Source of the DNA: Omnitrophica WOR_2 bacterium RIFOXYA2_FULL_38_17 | Lineage (GTDB): Bacteria > Omnitrophota > Gorgyraeia > Zapsychrales > Zapsychraceae | Assembly: GCA_001805965.1 (NCBI GenBank) | Contig: MHHG01000053.1 | Coordinates: 1,512 to 65,511, forward strand | Direction: 5' to 3' | DNA: 64,000 nt | In this document: positions 9,706-21,036 of the stretch, piece after piece | Layout of the letters: every line of letters begins with the position of its first letter | Position numbering within the stretch: the stretch's first letter is position 1 | The notes under the pieces: model-generated | The model's input: only the letters and a program-made list of their open reading frames with translations | The model's database searches: none | Told to the model about the DNA's origin: nothing | Program-made: the position numbers and the translations under genes

Positions 9706-11178
9706 CTATTTCTTTCTCAGAATTTTTAATAGCAACTTTATTAATGGATTGTCCATCTTTTCTAATAATGGCTTTGCTGCAGTCTTTTTGACAAGCTCTG
9801 ACAATGTAGGATAGATGTACATGACCCGCGTCAATTTAGTAACAGGGATCTTAAGTGACTTTGCTATCAGGAATCCCTGAATCACCTCACCGGCATTGGC
9901 TCCCGCTATATGCGCTCCTAATAATATTCCTTTATTATCAGTAATAATCTTTACAAACCCTTGCTTCTCAATATCTGTAACAGACCTGTCAGAACCAGTA
10001 TACTCATTTGTATAAACTTTATATTTCTTGCCTGACCTAACAACCTCTTCCTCAGTCTGACCTAAATGGGCGATCTCCGGATCTGTAAATGTAGCCCATG
10101 CAACATTTGAATAATCAACTTTAGACCAGGCTACTCGTTTAAATAATGCATTACGCACGCTCACAGATGCCTGATAAGCCGCAACATGACTGAATTTATA
10201 TCTGCTTGCAATATCCCCGCATGCAAATATATTTGGGTTTGTCGTCTGCAGATAATCATTAACTTCCAAACCAGCTTGATCATACTTTACTTCTGCATTT
10301 TCAAGCGCTAGACCTTCTAAATTTGGCACACGTCCAGTAGCTACCAAAACCCTCTCTGCCTCTATTTCCTGTTTACTGCCGTCACTTGATTCTAAAGTTA
10401 CAACAACCCCTTTTTCAGTTTTTTTGAACTTTACCGTTTTTTTCCCAGTAAGTATTTTCACCCCTTCCTTCTTAAGGCTCTCTTCTAAAACCTTAACAAC
10501 ATCAACATCATCCCTTGGCAAGACCCCTTTGCTTCTTTTTACGATTGTCACATCTACTCCCAGCCTATTCATAGCCTGTGACAGCTCAAGCCCGACAGGA
10601 CCGCCTCCAAGAACTATCATACTTTTAGGAAGCGCCTCTAGTTCAAAAATGTTTTCATTGGTCAAATAATCTATTTCCCCCAAACCTTCTATGGGAGGAA
10701 TATCCGGACGCGAACCAGTACATAAAATATATTTTTTACCAGTTAAAATCTCATGATTTACTTTTATTGAGGTCTTATCTACAAATGCAGGAGGGCCAAT
10801 TATTATGTCTATTCCCCTTTTTTCGAAGACCTCGTGGGGATGATGTGTAGCAATTTCATCAACTATCCCACGAACATGACTCATAACCTTATTGGCATCA
10901 ACATCAACATTGTTTTTAAACTTGAGGCCGTACTTTGGAAGATTGTTTATATACCTATAAACTTGTGCAGATTTTAATAGTGCTTTTGAAGGGACACATC
11001 CAAACCATGTGCAATCTCCCCCCAATCTTGTTTTCTCAACGATACATGTTCTGGCTCCCAAGGCATTTGCAACACTTGCGGCAAACAATCCTCCAGCGCC
11101 TCCACCAATTACCACAACATCATATTGTTTGCTCATGATACCCCCCCAATATGAATTGTATTCTTCCATCATAAACAA
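9706..11178 (-). CDS. Class I pyridine nucleotide-disulfide oxidoreductase (mercuric reductase / dihydrolipoamide dehydrogenase-like, no C-terminal Cys pair). Likely true start at 11136.
   Basis: FAD motif VVVIGGGAGG and redox-active disulfide GGDCTWFGCVPSK. Internal ATG at 11136 is preceded by GGGGGG as SD. Confidence 0.85.
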   Translation of the reverse strand: MFMMEEYNSYWGGIMSKQYDVVVIGGGAGGLFAASVANALGARTCIVEKTRLGGDCTWFGCVPSKALLKSAQVYRYINNLPKYGLKFKNNVDVDANKVMSHVRGIVDEIATHHPHEVFEKRGIDIIIGPPAFVDKTSIKVNHEILTGKKYILCTGSRPDIPPIEGLGEIDYLTNENIFELEALPKSMIVLGGGPVGLELSQAMNRLGVDVTIVKRSKGVLPRDDVDVVKVLEESLKKEGVKILTGKKTVKFKKTEKGVVVTLESSDGSKQEIEAERVLVATGRVPNLEGLALENAEVKYDQAGLEVNDYLQTTNPNIFACGDIASRYKFSHVAAYQASVSVRNALFKRVAWSKVDYSNVAWATFTDPEIAHLGQTEEEVVRSGKKYKVYTNEYTGSDRSVTDIEKQGFVKIITDNKGILLGAHIAGANAGEVIQGFLIAKSLKIPVTKLTRVMYIYPTLSELVKKTAAKPLLEKMDNPLIKLLLKILRKK

Positions 11179-11187
11179 CTTATTATT

Positions 11188-11643
11188 TTATATTGCTGCC
11201 GCCACATCCTCTTGGACAACATAAATGTCATTACCTTCAATTTTAAGTTTAATTTCAGGTAATTTTGATTTTTCCGGAGCCGGCCTTGTCAAGGCTTCTC
11301 CTGTTAAAGTGTCAAATTTTGCGCCATGCCATTTACAAACCAATTTGTCATTAGATAGCGTCGTAGGCCCACCTTTATGAGTACATATATTCTCAAAAGC
11401 CCTGTATTCTCCATCGTTGTAAAGAAGTATCGATTGTTTGCCTTTATAAACAAACGGTATGGCCTTTTTTTCTGCTAATACCGCAATAGATGATATAAGC
11501 CTGGTTTCATCAACTTGAATTTCTTTATTATCTTGAGCAAAGGTAAACGGAGTTAATTTCCCGCACGCAGTAAGCGTGATAATTGCTGCAGTTGATTTAA
11601 AACACTTTGACAAAAATGCTCTTCTATTGATTTTTTCAGTCAT
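11188..11643 (-). CDS. Rieske [2Fe-2S] domain lipoprotein with a Tat signal
   Basis: RRAFLSK twin-arginine motif, lipobox LTAC, and Rieske ligands CTHKGG...CKWHGAKF. Confidence 0.8.
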   Translation of the reverse strand: MTEKINRRAFLSKCFKSTAAIITLTACGKLTPFTFAQDNKEIQVDETRLISSIAVLAEKKAIPFVYKGKQSILLYNDGEYRAFENICTHKGGPTTLSNDKLVCKWHGAKFDTLTGEALTRPAPEKSKLPEIKLKIEGNDIYVVQEDVAAAI

Positions 11644-11693
11644 TTACCCCTCCTTGATAATTAAATGATTTTCTACACAAATACAAACACTAT

Positions 11694-12362
11694 TCATCTG
11701 CTATTTTTATAAAGGCCCTTTAATTTAACCAATGGAACACCTAATACAAAGCCAACAGATACAAGCCAATTTATTAATGTTGTTCTTATTACCCCCTGCT
11801 TTTCCCATCTACGGGCTGAAACAAAAACCTTATTTTTCAATATGCAGCTTTTGCCCATTTTCTTAAGTGCTTTGGAAAATTTAACATCTTCAAATATATC
11901 CACTTGTTCAAACATGCCCAAAGCAAAAAAAACATCCCTTTTAACAAATATCGCTTGATCCCCATAAAATATCTTTAAAAGAGCTGCGCGTATATTCCCG
12001 GAGGTTTCAATAATGCGGTAGATTAATTTAGGTGATGCGATCTTGTGGGTCAAACAACCACCAAGGATGCCATTTGAAAGACACTTGTCTACTGCTTGAA
12101 GACTTCCCTTGTCCAAAAGACAATCCGCATGAAGAAATATTAATTTATCCCCTGTTGCGGCCTTTGCTCCAAGATTCATTTGAACTGCACGGTTCGCCTG
12201 AGACTCGATCAATTTATAACTGAACTTTCTGACAATTTCACGAGTCCTATCAGTACTGCCTCCATCAACAACGATCACCTCAGTCTCTTCATCAGAAAAT
12301 TGAGACAAAGCATTTTCAATTGTATCCTCTTCATTAAAAACTGGAATTATCACAGATGTCAT
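11694..12362 (-). CDS. Family-2 glycosyltransferase (small, TIGR04283-like rSAM-associated transferase)
   Basis: IIPVFNEE...VIVVDGGSTD...HAD GT2 motifs, 222 aa. Confidence 0.75.
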   Translation of the reverse strand: MTSVIIPVFNEEDTIENALSQFSDEETEVIVVDGGSTDRTREIVRKFSYKLIESQANRAVQMNLGAKAATGDKLIFLHADCLLDKGSLQAVDKCLSNGILGGCLTHKIASPKLIYRIIETSGNIRAALLKIFYGDQAIFVKRDVFFALGMFEQVDIFEDVKFSKALKKMGKSCILKNKVFVSARRWEKQGVIRTTLINWLVSVGFVLGVPLVKLKGLYKNSR

Positions 12363-12541
12363 TTATTCCCACTAAGCTCTTTTTTAAAATATTCATAGCA
12401 TTGACGACATAAACCATCCTTTTCTACCCACTTTGGATGTTTTATTTTTATCAGTTCAATAATATGTTCTTCCACGTGTTTAGAATATGGAAGAACCCCG
12501 CCTGAGATAATTTTTTGGCACAAATCACATTTGTATTCCAT
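12359..12541 (-). CDS. Small zinc-ribbon protein
   Basis: 60 aa with CDLC...CRQC. Overlaps the GT2 start by 4 nt. Confidence 0.4.
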   Translation of the reverse strand: MEYKCDLCQKIISGGVLPYSKHVEEHIIELIKIKHPKWVEKDGLCRQCYEYFKKELSGNK

Positions 12542-12553
12542 TTCAATTTCCTT

Positions 12554-13096
12554 TTATATGCTAAGAGCCTCAACTTTAGGAAAATCAATTGGTGTCTTAG
12601 CAATGTGATTAACATAATTTGTAAAAAGATTCAATCCAACAAAGCCAATTACCTCTAACAATGCACCCTTGCTATATCCGGCAGAAATAAATGCATCAAT
12701 GTTTCCTTCAGAAGGATTGCCATTTGTTGCAACAATATTCCTTGTCAGGTCTAAAAGAGCCTCAACCCTGCTATCTGTACTATCGCCTTTACGATTTCTC
12801 AAGATCTCTTCCTGTGATATTCCAAGCGATTTGCTGACAGCAGAATGTGCAGCCAAGCAATAATCACATTTATTTTGCTGAGCTACAGCCAAAGCAATAG
12901 CCTCCTGCTCATTTGATGTAAGTTCTCCCTTGGAAAGCGTTTCTTTGAAAGATAAGAATGCTTCTAATGTAGATGGCGAGTATGCCATTATCGCGAAAAT
13001 GTTAGGGATCTTGCCAAATTTTTTCTTTATTGATTCCAATGAATGCTTTGATTTTTCAGGGGCTTGCTCAAGTGATAAAACCTGTATTGCTTCCAT
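12554..13096 (-). CDS. Carboxymuconolactone decarboxylase (AhpD-like) family protein
   Basis: CDYCLAAH (CxxCxxxH) AhpD-core motif. Confidence 0.8.
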   Translation of the reverse strand: MEAIQVLSLEQAPEKSKHSLESIKKKFGKIPNIFAIMAYSPSTLEAFLSFKETLSKGELTSNEQEAIALAVAQQNKCDYCLAAHSAVSKSLGISQEEILRNRKGDSTDSRVEALLDLTRNIVATNGNPSEGNIDAFISAGYSKGALLEVIGFVGLNLFTNYVNHIAKTPIDFPKVEALSI

Positions 13097-13278
13097 GATT
13101 AACTCTCCTTTTAATTGCTGGTTATTCTCGGTGGAGGATTCTAAGCATTTACTGAAAACATACGCTATTAATTTATAAATGTTACTTTGACGATATTACA
13201 ATGGTAAAGAAATAGCAAGAGAATTCACAAACCAATAAAAATTAATTATATTCTCAAAAATTAGCTAACCCAAAAGCT

Positions 13279-13299
13279 ATGACACTAACAATGTGTCAT
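13279..13299. promoter_or_regulatory. Perfect 7-bp inverted repeat ATGACAC-N7-GTGTCAT in the 263-nt leader upstream of the AhpD/rSAM gene string
   Basis: Seen directly in the sequence. No T-run follows, so it is an operator candidate rather than a terminator. Confidence 0.3.
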
Positions 13300-13359
13300 T
13301 GCAGAGCAATAAAAAATAGCAGACTTTTTCAGCATTGAAAATAGCTGCCACTTAAGTGT

Positions 13360-14286
13360 TTATTCTCCAAACAGCCAAGTTGACAGATATCTTTCGCCAG
13401 AATCAGGCAAAAGAGCAACAATTGTTTTCCCTTTTGATTCAGGACGTTTTGCAACTTCCATAGCAGCCCACATTGCAGCACCGCTTGAGATCCCAACAAG
13501 CATGCCTTCCTGTTTCGCAAGAAGCCCTGCTATTTCACCTGCATCCGTATGTGCAACCTTTATGACCTCATCAATAACATCCATGTTAATAACACCTGGT
13601 ACAAACCCTGCTCCAATTCCCTGTATTTTATGTGCTCCTGGAGCACCCCCAGAAAGAACAGCTGACTCAACCGGTTCAAGAGCAATAATCTTAACCTTAG
13701 GATTCTTTTTCTTCAAGACTTCTCCAATACCTGTTATAGTTCCCCCTGTGCCAACACCGGCAATAAATATATCAACTTTACCATCCGTATCATCCCATAT
13801 CTCTTGAGCCGTTGTCTTTCTATGGATTTCAGGATTAGCCGGATTATTGAATTGCTGCGGCACAAAACTGTTCTTGATCGTCTTTGAGAGCTCATCTGCC
13901 TTATCAACAGCACCTTTCATACCCTTTGCACCTTCAGTTAAAACCACCTCAGCACCAAGAACTTTTAACAACTGCCTTCTCTCCATGCTCATCGTATCAG
14001 GCATTGTAAGAATCAATTTATAACCCTTTGCAGCTGCAACAAAAGCCAGAGCTATACCCGTGTTGCCACTTGTAGGTTCAATAACAACAGTATCCTTATC
14101 TATCAAACCATCTCTCTCAGCAGCCTCGATCAAGGCAACTCCAAGCCTGTCTTTAACACTTGACAGTGGATTGAATGATTCTAATTTAACTAAAATAGTC
14201 GCATCCAGATCCTTTGCAAGTTTATTGATCCTTACCAACGGAGTCCTGCCGATCGTTTTTGTTATATCGTCATAGATATGCGACAT
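13360..14286 (-). CDS. cysK: Cysteine synthase A (O-acetylserine sulfhydrylase)
   Basis: PLP-dependent fold II motifs: SVKDR (PLP lysine) and GTGGTITG loop. Confidence 0.9.
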   Translation of the reverse strand: MSHIYDDITKTIGRTPLVRINKLAKDLDATILVKLESFNPLSSVKDRLGVALIEAAERDGLIDKDTVVIEPTSGNTGIALAFVAAAKGYKLILTMPDTMSMERRQLLKVLGAEVVLTEGAKGMKGAVDKADELSKTIKNSFVPQQFNNPANPEIHRKTTAQEIWDDTDGKVDIFIAGVGTGGTITGIGEVLKKKNPKVKIIALEPVESAVLSGGAPGAHKIQGIGAGFVPGVINMDVIDEVIKVAHTDAGEIAGLLAKQEGMLVGISSGAAMWAAMEVAKRPESKGKTIVALLPDSGERYLSTWLFGE

Positions 14287-14295
14287 TTTGCCCTC

Positions 14296-15615
<1,320 letters not shown>

Positions 15616-15673
15616 CTATTACCCATTTCCATGGGTTAATCAGCATTTTTAAAATAGATTAAAATACATTTTT

Positions 15674-16111
15674 TTATATTGAATAAGCTGGCAGATTCTG
15701 TTTACTCTTGAACTTTTCTACCATATCAGCAAAATTGGTTGACTCCAATGTTTGTGTTATCTTTTCTGATATATCCACCCATATATCTCTTGAAACACAA
15801 GTCTCTGATCTGCTGCAACAATCAGAGTTATCAACACAATCAACAATACACATAGATCCCTCAAGAACATATATAACATCCTTCAAAGATATCTGTTTGG
15901 GATTTTTAGCAAGTTCATATCCACCGCTTGCGCCTCTGGTTGACTTTATTAAACCTGCATTTTTTAGTGGAGCAATTAACTGCCACAGATATTTTTCCGT
16001 TATTTCTGTTCTTTTAGCAATATCTTTTAATAGTATTGGCCCTCTTCCATAATGAACGGAAAGATCCATTACTAATCTTGTTCCATATCTTCCTCTTGTT
16101 GATAACTTCAT
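15674..16111 (-). CDS. Rrf2-family transcriptional regulator with a Cys cluster
   Basis: N-terminal wHTH LSTRGRYGTRL plus CIVDCVDNSDCCSRSETC. First gene of the metY-cysK string. Confidence 0.85.
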   Translation of the reverse strand: MKLSTRGRYGTRLVMDLSVHYGRGPILLKDIAKRTEITEKYLWQLIAPLKNAGLIKSTRGASGGYELAKNPKQISLKDVIYVLEGSMCIVDCVDNSDCCSRSETCVSRDIWVDISEKITQTLESTNFADMVEKFKSKQNLPAYSI

Positions 16112-16201
16112 TCAATCCACCTCCAGCTATGACTACTATGTCTATTGCTTTAGTAGAGATTGTGCCATAAAAAATCATTTTTGTCAATACCCTTTTCGAT
16201 T

Positions 16202-16903
16202 TTAATCAATCCCCTTCAAATTAGATAATATAATTCTCATAAAATCATTATTTAAAACTGCATTATGGCAACCAGAATTGATACCTTCAAAATGTTGAAT
16301 ATATGGCCCTGAATCGATCTTGCCCGAATACTGTTCAAGCAGTCTTTTTATATTCTCTTGCTTAAATTCAAAATGGAACTGAAAACCAATTACTTTATCA
16401 CAGTTATAAGAGAATGCCTGGTTATAACAGGCGTCACTTTGTGCCAAATGGACAGCATCAGCAGGAATTTCAAAAGTATCCTGATGCCAATGGAAAGCAG
16501 TAACCTGTTTTGGAATACCTTTCAAAATTGAGGATTCTTTTATGTTTTTAAAACGAACTAGGAACCAACCGATTTCCTTATCTTTACATTGAAATACTTT
16601 AGCTCCTAATGCGTCAGCTATAAGCTGGGCTCCAAGACAAATACCTAAGACCTTTTTCCCTTCTTTTATTGCTTTCTTAATAAATTGCTTTTCCTGTTTA
16701 AGCCATGGATATTTATCCTCCTCATAAATATTCATAGGCCCTCCCAAAACAATAAGCCAATCAATATCATCTATATCCGGCAAAGATTCGTTTTTATAGA
16801 AAACTGTACGAGTTATATTAAAACCATTGTCATGTGCCCAATCTTGTATAACACCTAGATCTTCAAACCAAATATGTTGAAAAACATGCAACCGCAAGAT
16901 CAA
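16202..16903 (-). CDS. Class I glutamine amidotransferase-like protein
   Basis: Catalytic GICLGAQ Cys and FHFE His motif. Confidence 0.7.
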   Translation of the reverse strand: MILRLHVFQHIWFEDLGVIQDWAHDNGFNITRTVFYKNESLPDIDDIDWLIVLGGPMNIYEEDKYPWLKQEKQFIKKAIKEGKKVLGICLGAQLIADALGAKVFQCKDKEIGWFLVRFKNIKESSILKGIPKQVTAFHWHQDTFEIPADAVHLAQSDACYNQAFSYNCDKVIGFQFHFEFKQENIKRLLEQYSGKIDSGPYIQHFEGINSGCHNAVLNNDFMRIILSNLKGID

Positions 16904-17727
16904 ACTATTCCTCCCTGAATTCCAACGGTATATTCCTTAAGGACAATATTCTTTCCTGAAGCCTTTAATGCCTGCTCTGTCAATGATAAAGCTCCATAGC
17001 AGCAAGGTACTTCCATTTTAGCTACAGTTATTGACTTGATATTATTGTCACGAATAATAGCCGTTAATTTTTCAACATACATATCCATTGTAGTATCAAG
17101 CTTCGGGCAAAACATTACAAGCGCTTTTCCCTTCAAAAACCTTCTGTGAAAATCTCCAAAGGCAAAAGCCGTACAATCGGCTGCAACCAAGAGGTCCGCA
17201 TCAGCAAAATATGGCGCATGAGGATTAACAAGGTGAAGCTGTGTTGGCCATTGCCTTAATTCTGACTGAACAGCTCCCGTGGACGACTGTGCTTTTGCAG
17301 GAGAATCTTCTTTTCTAAAGTCCCTCATCATCGTTCCCGGACATCCGCATGCCATTGGTTTATCTGAAATATTTACTTCAGGTTCCTCTATATTGTTGTC
17401 CTTCATATATTCCTCCGCTATCTTAAGATAATCATCTTGATCATGTTCTTTTAAATGTTTAAGGTGTGCCGCTAAAACTGCTGGACCTGATCTGACAATA
17501 TTCCCCATTACTTTCTTCTCGTCATAAGCCTCAGCATCCCTCTCTTCAATAAGTATCGCACCTTCAGGACAATTGCCGATACAAGCTCCAAGTCCATCAC
17601 ACAATAGCTCTCCTACCAGGCGCGCTTTACCATCAATAACCTTAAGCGCCCCTTCTGGACAATTGGGGACACACAAACCGCAGCCCGTGCATTTATTCTC
17701 GTCAATTTTAATAATTTGTCTTTTCAT
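16900..17727 (-). CDS. 4Fe-4S dicluster (ferredoxin-like) domain protein with a C-terminal domain of unknown function
   Basis: CTGCGLCVPNCP and CDGLGACIGNCP. Overlaps the next gene by 4 nt. Confidence 0.7.
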   Translation of the reverse strand: MKRQIIKIDENKCTGCGLCVPNCPEGALKVIDGKARLVGELLCDGLGACIGNCPEGAILIEERDAEAYDEKKVMGNIVRSGPAVLAAHLKHLKEHDQDDYLKIAEEYMKDNNIEEPEVNISDKPMACGCPGTMMRDFRKEDSPAKAQSSTGAVQSELRQWPTQLHLVNPHAPYFADADLLVAADCTAFAFGDFHRRFLKGKALVMFCPKLDTTMDMYVEKLTAIIRDNNIKSITVAKMEVPCCYGALSLTEQALKASGKNIVLKEYTVGIQGGIV

Positions 17728-17885
17728 TATACCCTCTCTTTGTGAATTTACTTTTTTTAAATGATACCATGCCTGTATCCTTTGTCAAGAATTTTTATAC
17801 TTAAGTTTTGACAATTTTCCTCTTTTATTTATTGATATTTAATTTTGATTGATAGGCAAAAACACTTACAATGAGCAACAAAGAT

Positions 17886-18446
17886 TTATTTATCCAATTC
17901 CTGCAATTCACTTACTACAAATTGCCCCGCATGCAACGGAAGAGCATAACCGGCTTGAGACGCTTGCCTTTTTAATCTATCAGCTTCATCTATAAGAACA
18001 AATGATCTATATTCAAGACCATCCTCTTTTGAAACAAATATATCTTCTAATTCCTCACCAACCTTGGCATCTTCAGATTCAATTAACGCAGCCTTATCTT
18101 CCTCCTGCCACTTTCCTTTTACACGAATAATTTTCCCGACATGATCGCTAAGCAATTTATTAACATTATCGTCAACCACACCTAAGATCAAACTCTCAAT
18201 ATCCGACCCACCGCAATCCGATTTTTCTCCGCTTTTTATCTTAGCTATCTGCTTTTTATCAGTACACAGCTTATAATAGCTTCCACCAACATTATAAAAC
18301 GACTTTTTGACACTTCCCCACTTCTTCAGCAACAACAGGCCCTCATGGACTTCCTGTGCATATACATTCAAGGTTGACATTAAAAACATATAGGATATAG
18401 CTAAAATTAATTTCGTTTTCATATTATTCTCCTTTTTTCTTTGCAC
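17886..18446 (-). CDS. Secreted hypothetical protein
   Basis: Signal peptide. No recognisable motif. Confidence 0.4.
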   Translation of the reverse strand: MQRKKENNMKTKLILAISYMFLMSTLNVYAQEVHEGLLLLKKWGSVKKSFYNVGGSYYKLCTDKKQIAKIKSGEKSDCGGSDIESLILGVVDDNVNKLLSDHVGKIIRVKGKWQEEDKAALIESEDAKVGEELEDIFVSKEDGLEYRSFVLIDEADRLKRQASQAGYALPLHAGQFVVSELQELDK

Positions 18447-18569
18447 AATTAAGGATATCTTGACGAAAGAAACTAATTCTAAACTATAAATACACCTATT
18501 AAATTTTTTGTCAACAATTATACTTCTGCGTTATTTCATTTGGCGTATCCTGATTTTCATACAAAAAAT

Positions 18570-18630
18570 ACACAAAATAAAAAGGGACAGACACTTTTAG
18601 GAAAAAAATGTCTGTCCCTGTTTTATTTTT
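18570..18630 (-). terminator. Rho-independent terminator after pfk (bidirectional hairpin)
   Basis: 11-bp stem agggacagaca / tgtctgtccct with a 15-nt loop, flanked by an A-run on one side and a T-run on the other. Starts about 10 nt after the pfk stop. Confidence 0.75.
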
Positions 18631-18639
18631 ACCAGCTAT

Positions 18640-19980
18640 TTATTGCGAGCTATAACATGCATGCTCAACTTCAGTTGTGATCTCCCTGACTATCTGCCAA
18701 AGAGCACCATCAACATCAACCTGCTTGCGCTTATTGAGAGCGACTTTTAAAGGGACATGAATGAACTGATGATTCCAATATCCAACGAACATATCCGTCT
18801 TCCCAGCCATCCCTGCATGAACTGCATTTTGTGCAAGCATAAGACAAAATATTGAGTCATCTGCATTTGCAGGGCAGCTGCGGATCGTATAGCTCGGATC
18901 AATATATTTGATGCTGAATTCCATCTTCTCTTTTTTAAGATATTCTTTTATCTGCTCTCGCAGAAATATCCCTATATCAGAATGCAGCACGTTCCCCGAT
19001 TCATCTTTCTTTAAAACACCATTCTTACTAATAAGATTCTGACCGGCACCTTCAGCTATAACAATAACTGCATGCCCCCTCTTGCCAAGCCTTTTCTTTA
19101 ACTTAGCTAAAAATCCGTTTTCTCCTTCAAGGGCAAAAGGATATTCAGGAATAAAACAAAAATTCACATCGCTGTCTGCCAATGTCGACCTTGCAGCAAT
19201 AAAGCCTGAATCCCTTCCCATAAGTTTCACCAATCCTATTCCATTCCAGGCTGCTTTAGCTTCCTCGTGGGCAGAATATATTGACTCACGCGCTTTTTCA
19301 ACAGCAGTTGAAAAACCAAATGTCTTTTCACAACAGTAAATATCATTGTCAATAGTTTTTGGAACGCCAATAACTGCAATATCTAGCTTGCGCTTTTTTA
19401 TTTCCTGAACAATTGCATGCGCTCCTTTAAATGTCCCATCTCCTCCAATAGCAAATAATATTTTTACATCATTTCTAAGAAGAGTATCTACAATATCCTT
19501 AGGATCTTGAGGGCCTCTTGAACTTCCCAGTATAGTCCCCCCTTCATTTTGAATACCTTCAACTACTTCAGGAGTCATGTCCATAGGTTTTATTCTTGCA
19601 TTTGATGACAATCCTTCATACCCATACCTGAATCCCAGAACAGTCTTAACGCCATATTGCCATTTTAAAGAAAGGACAATCGTTCTAATAACATCATTGA
19701 GCCCGGGGCACAGACCTCCACAGGTAACAATTCCACAAGTCAAGTTGCATGGTCCAAAGAATAGATCCTTTCTTGGGCCTGCAGCTTCAAACATAGGAGG
19801 CTCTTCCTTAGACCCAAAAAACCGGGCAGCTTCCCTTTTTGTAGCATAAACAAGTATCTTATCTTCATCAGAAACATAATGATTTGGTGATTTTTTCAAT
19901 GTAGTCGGCACATTGCATTTACCTAAAGAGTCAACTCTTAGGTCCTGAAGTTCTTTAATATCCGGCATTTTCGAATCCAT
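18640..19980 (-). CDS. pfk: 6-phosphofructokinase (long PfkA-family form; GGDGT motif)
   Basis: TCGGLCPGLN and AIGGDGT motifs. Confidence 0.85.
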   Translation of the reverse strand: MDSKMPDIKELQDLRVDSLGKCNVPTTLKKSPNHYVSDEDKILVYATKREAARFFGSKEEPPMFEAAGPRKDLFFGPCNLTCGIVTCGGLCPGLNDVIRTIVLSLKWQYGVKTVLGFRYGYEGLSSNARIKPMDMTPEVVEGIQNEGGTILGSSRGPQDPKDIVDTLLRNDVKILFAIGGDGTFKGAHAIVQEIKKRKLDIAVIGVPKTIDNDIYCCEKTFGFSTAVEKARESIYSAHEEAKAAWNGIGLVKLMGRDSGFIAARSTLADSDVNFCFIPEYPFALEGENGFLAKLKKRLGKRGHAVIVIAEGAGQNLISKNGVLKKDESGNVLHSDIGIFLREQIKEYLKKEKMEFSIKYIDPSYTIRSCPANADDSIFCLMLAQNAVHAGMAGKTDMFVGYWNHQFIHVPLKVALNKRKQVDVDGALWQIVREITTEVEHACYSSQ

Positions 19981-20214
19981 AAACTACCTCCTTGGATTTA
20001 TTATTTCATTGGAATGATAATCAAAATCTGCTCAACTGCCTTTCTTGGCAATTAAAGTATTTATAATTAATAATACCAAATTTTCTGCAAAGACGTACTA
20101 ATTAAATTTAAAAATAGGCGCCATCAGAATTCCATTTAAATATTGCCTGTTCATATGCCATAGATATGCATAGAACTAATATGATATAAATCCAAATTTG
20201 GGCTCAAAAAAATA

Positions 20215-20997
20215 TTATATTGATATGGCTTGACCATCATGAGAGAATCTTTCTCCATATGACAATTTGCTTGCTGCAGGATTATCGAGAAGGAACAATA
20301 GCTCCCCGTTCCTAGGGGCCACTTTTGTTGCAGGCAAAAAACTGTTTTCTTCTTTTTCTTCAATAACCTTCTTAATTATCTCAGCTTTCTTATTTCCAGT
20401 AACCAAAACAACAACATGCCTTGCATTATTAATAACAGCTAAAGTCATGCTCATCCTTTTTGTATCTAAATATTCAGGCTGCGAAAATGTTACCAGATCA
20501 TCAATTTCATGCACTTCTTTTCCCCATGGAAATAAAGAAGCAACATGCCCATCATCTCCAATTCCCAGCAAGACAAAATCAAAGGAAGGAACACATCTAT
20601 CTTCCAGTTCAAAGAATTGCCTGATATGGTTTTCATAAAGCTCGCAAGAAAGGTTAATATCGCTGTTGTATGTCCCCATAGGATGGATATTTTCGTCAGG
20701 AATGCTTATATAATCAAGGATATTCTTTCTTATCATCCCCAAATTACTTCTTGGATCGTCATATGGGACATATCTTTCATCTGTAAGGAATATATGTGTC
20801 TTCTGCCAGATATCAAAATCATTTATTCCAGATAATCTGCAATAGAACTCAACTGGCGTTTTACCGCCGGAAAGGGCTGCAACAAAACGATTATTCTTTG
20901 ATATTGATTCATTTGCTATTTCTTTCCATTTTTTAATAAGAAAGTTGGTCAATTGAAATGAATCCTGAAAAATAAGAGTTTTTCTTTTTGGGAACAT
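20215..20997 (-). CDS. pgl: 6-phosphogluconolactonase (NagB/Pgl family)
   Basis: ALSGGKTP motif. Sits in a pentose-phosphate gene context. Confidence 0.65.
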   Translation of the reverse strand: MFPKRKTLIFQDSFQLTNFLIKKWKEIANESISKNNRFVAALSGGKTPVEFYCRLSGINDFDIWQKTHIFLTDERYVPYDDPRSNLGMIRKNILDYISIPDENIHPMGTYNSDINLSCELYENHIRQFFELEDRCVPSFDFVLLGIGDDGHVASLFPWGKEVHEIDDLVTFSQPEYLDTKRMSMTLAVINNARHVVVLVTGNKKAEIIKKVIEEKEENSFLPATKVAPRNGELLFLLDNPAASKLSYGERFSHDGQAISI

Positions 20998-21036
20998 AAT
21001 TATTAATTCTGGAACTAAATTAATAAGACAACATGC

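Noticed and set aside
13329-13520. 63-aa minus-strand ORF overlapping the cysK 3' end
   Set aside because: Out of frame with cysK and has no features. Spurious.
18640-19980. PPi-dependence of the phosphofructokinase
   Set aside because: The motif is GGDGT (Gly, ATP-type) rather than GGDD, so I did not call it PPi-dependent despite the long-form architecture.
20151-20363. 70-aa ORF spanning the pgl stop and the pfk leader
   Set aside because: Overlaps the pgl 3' end in another frame. Low complexity.
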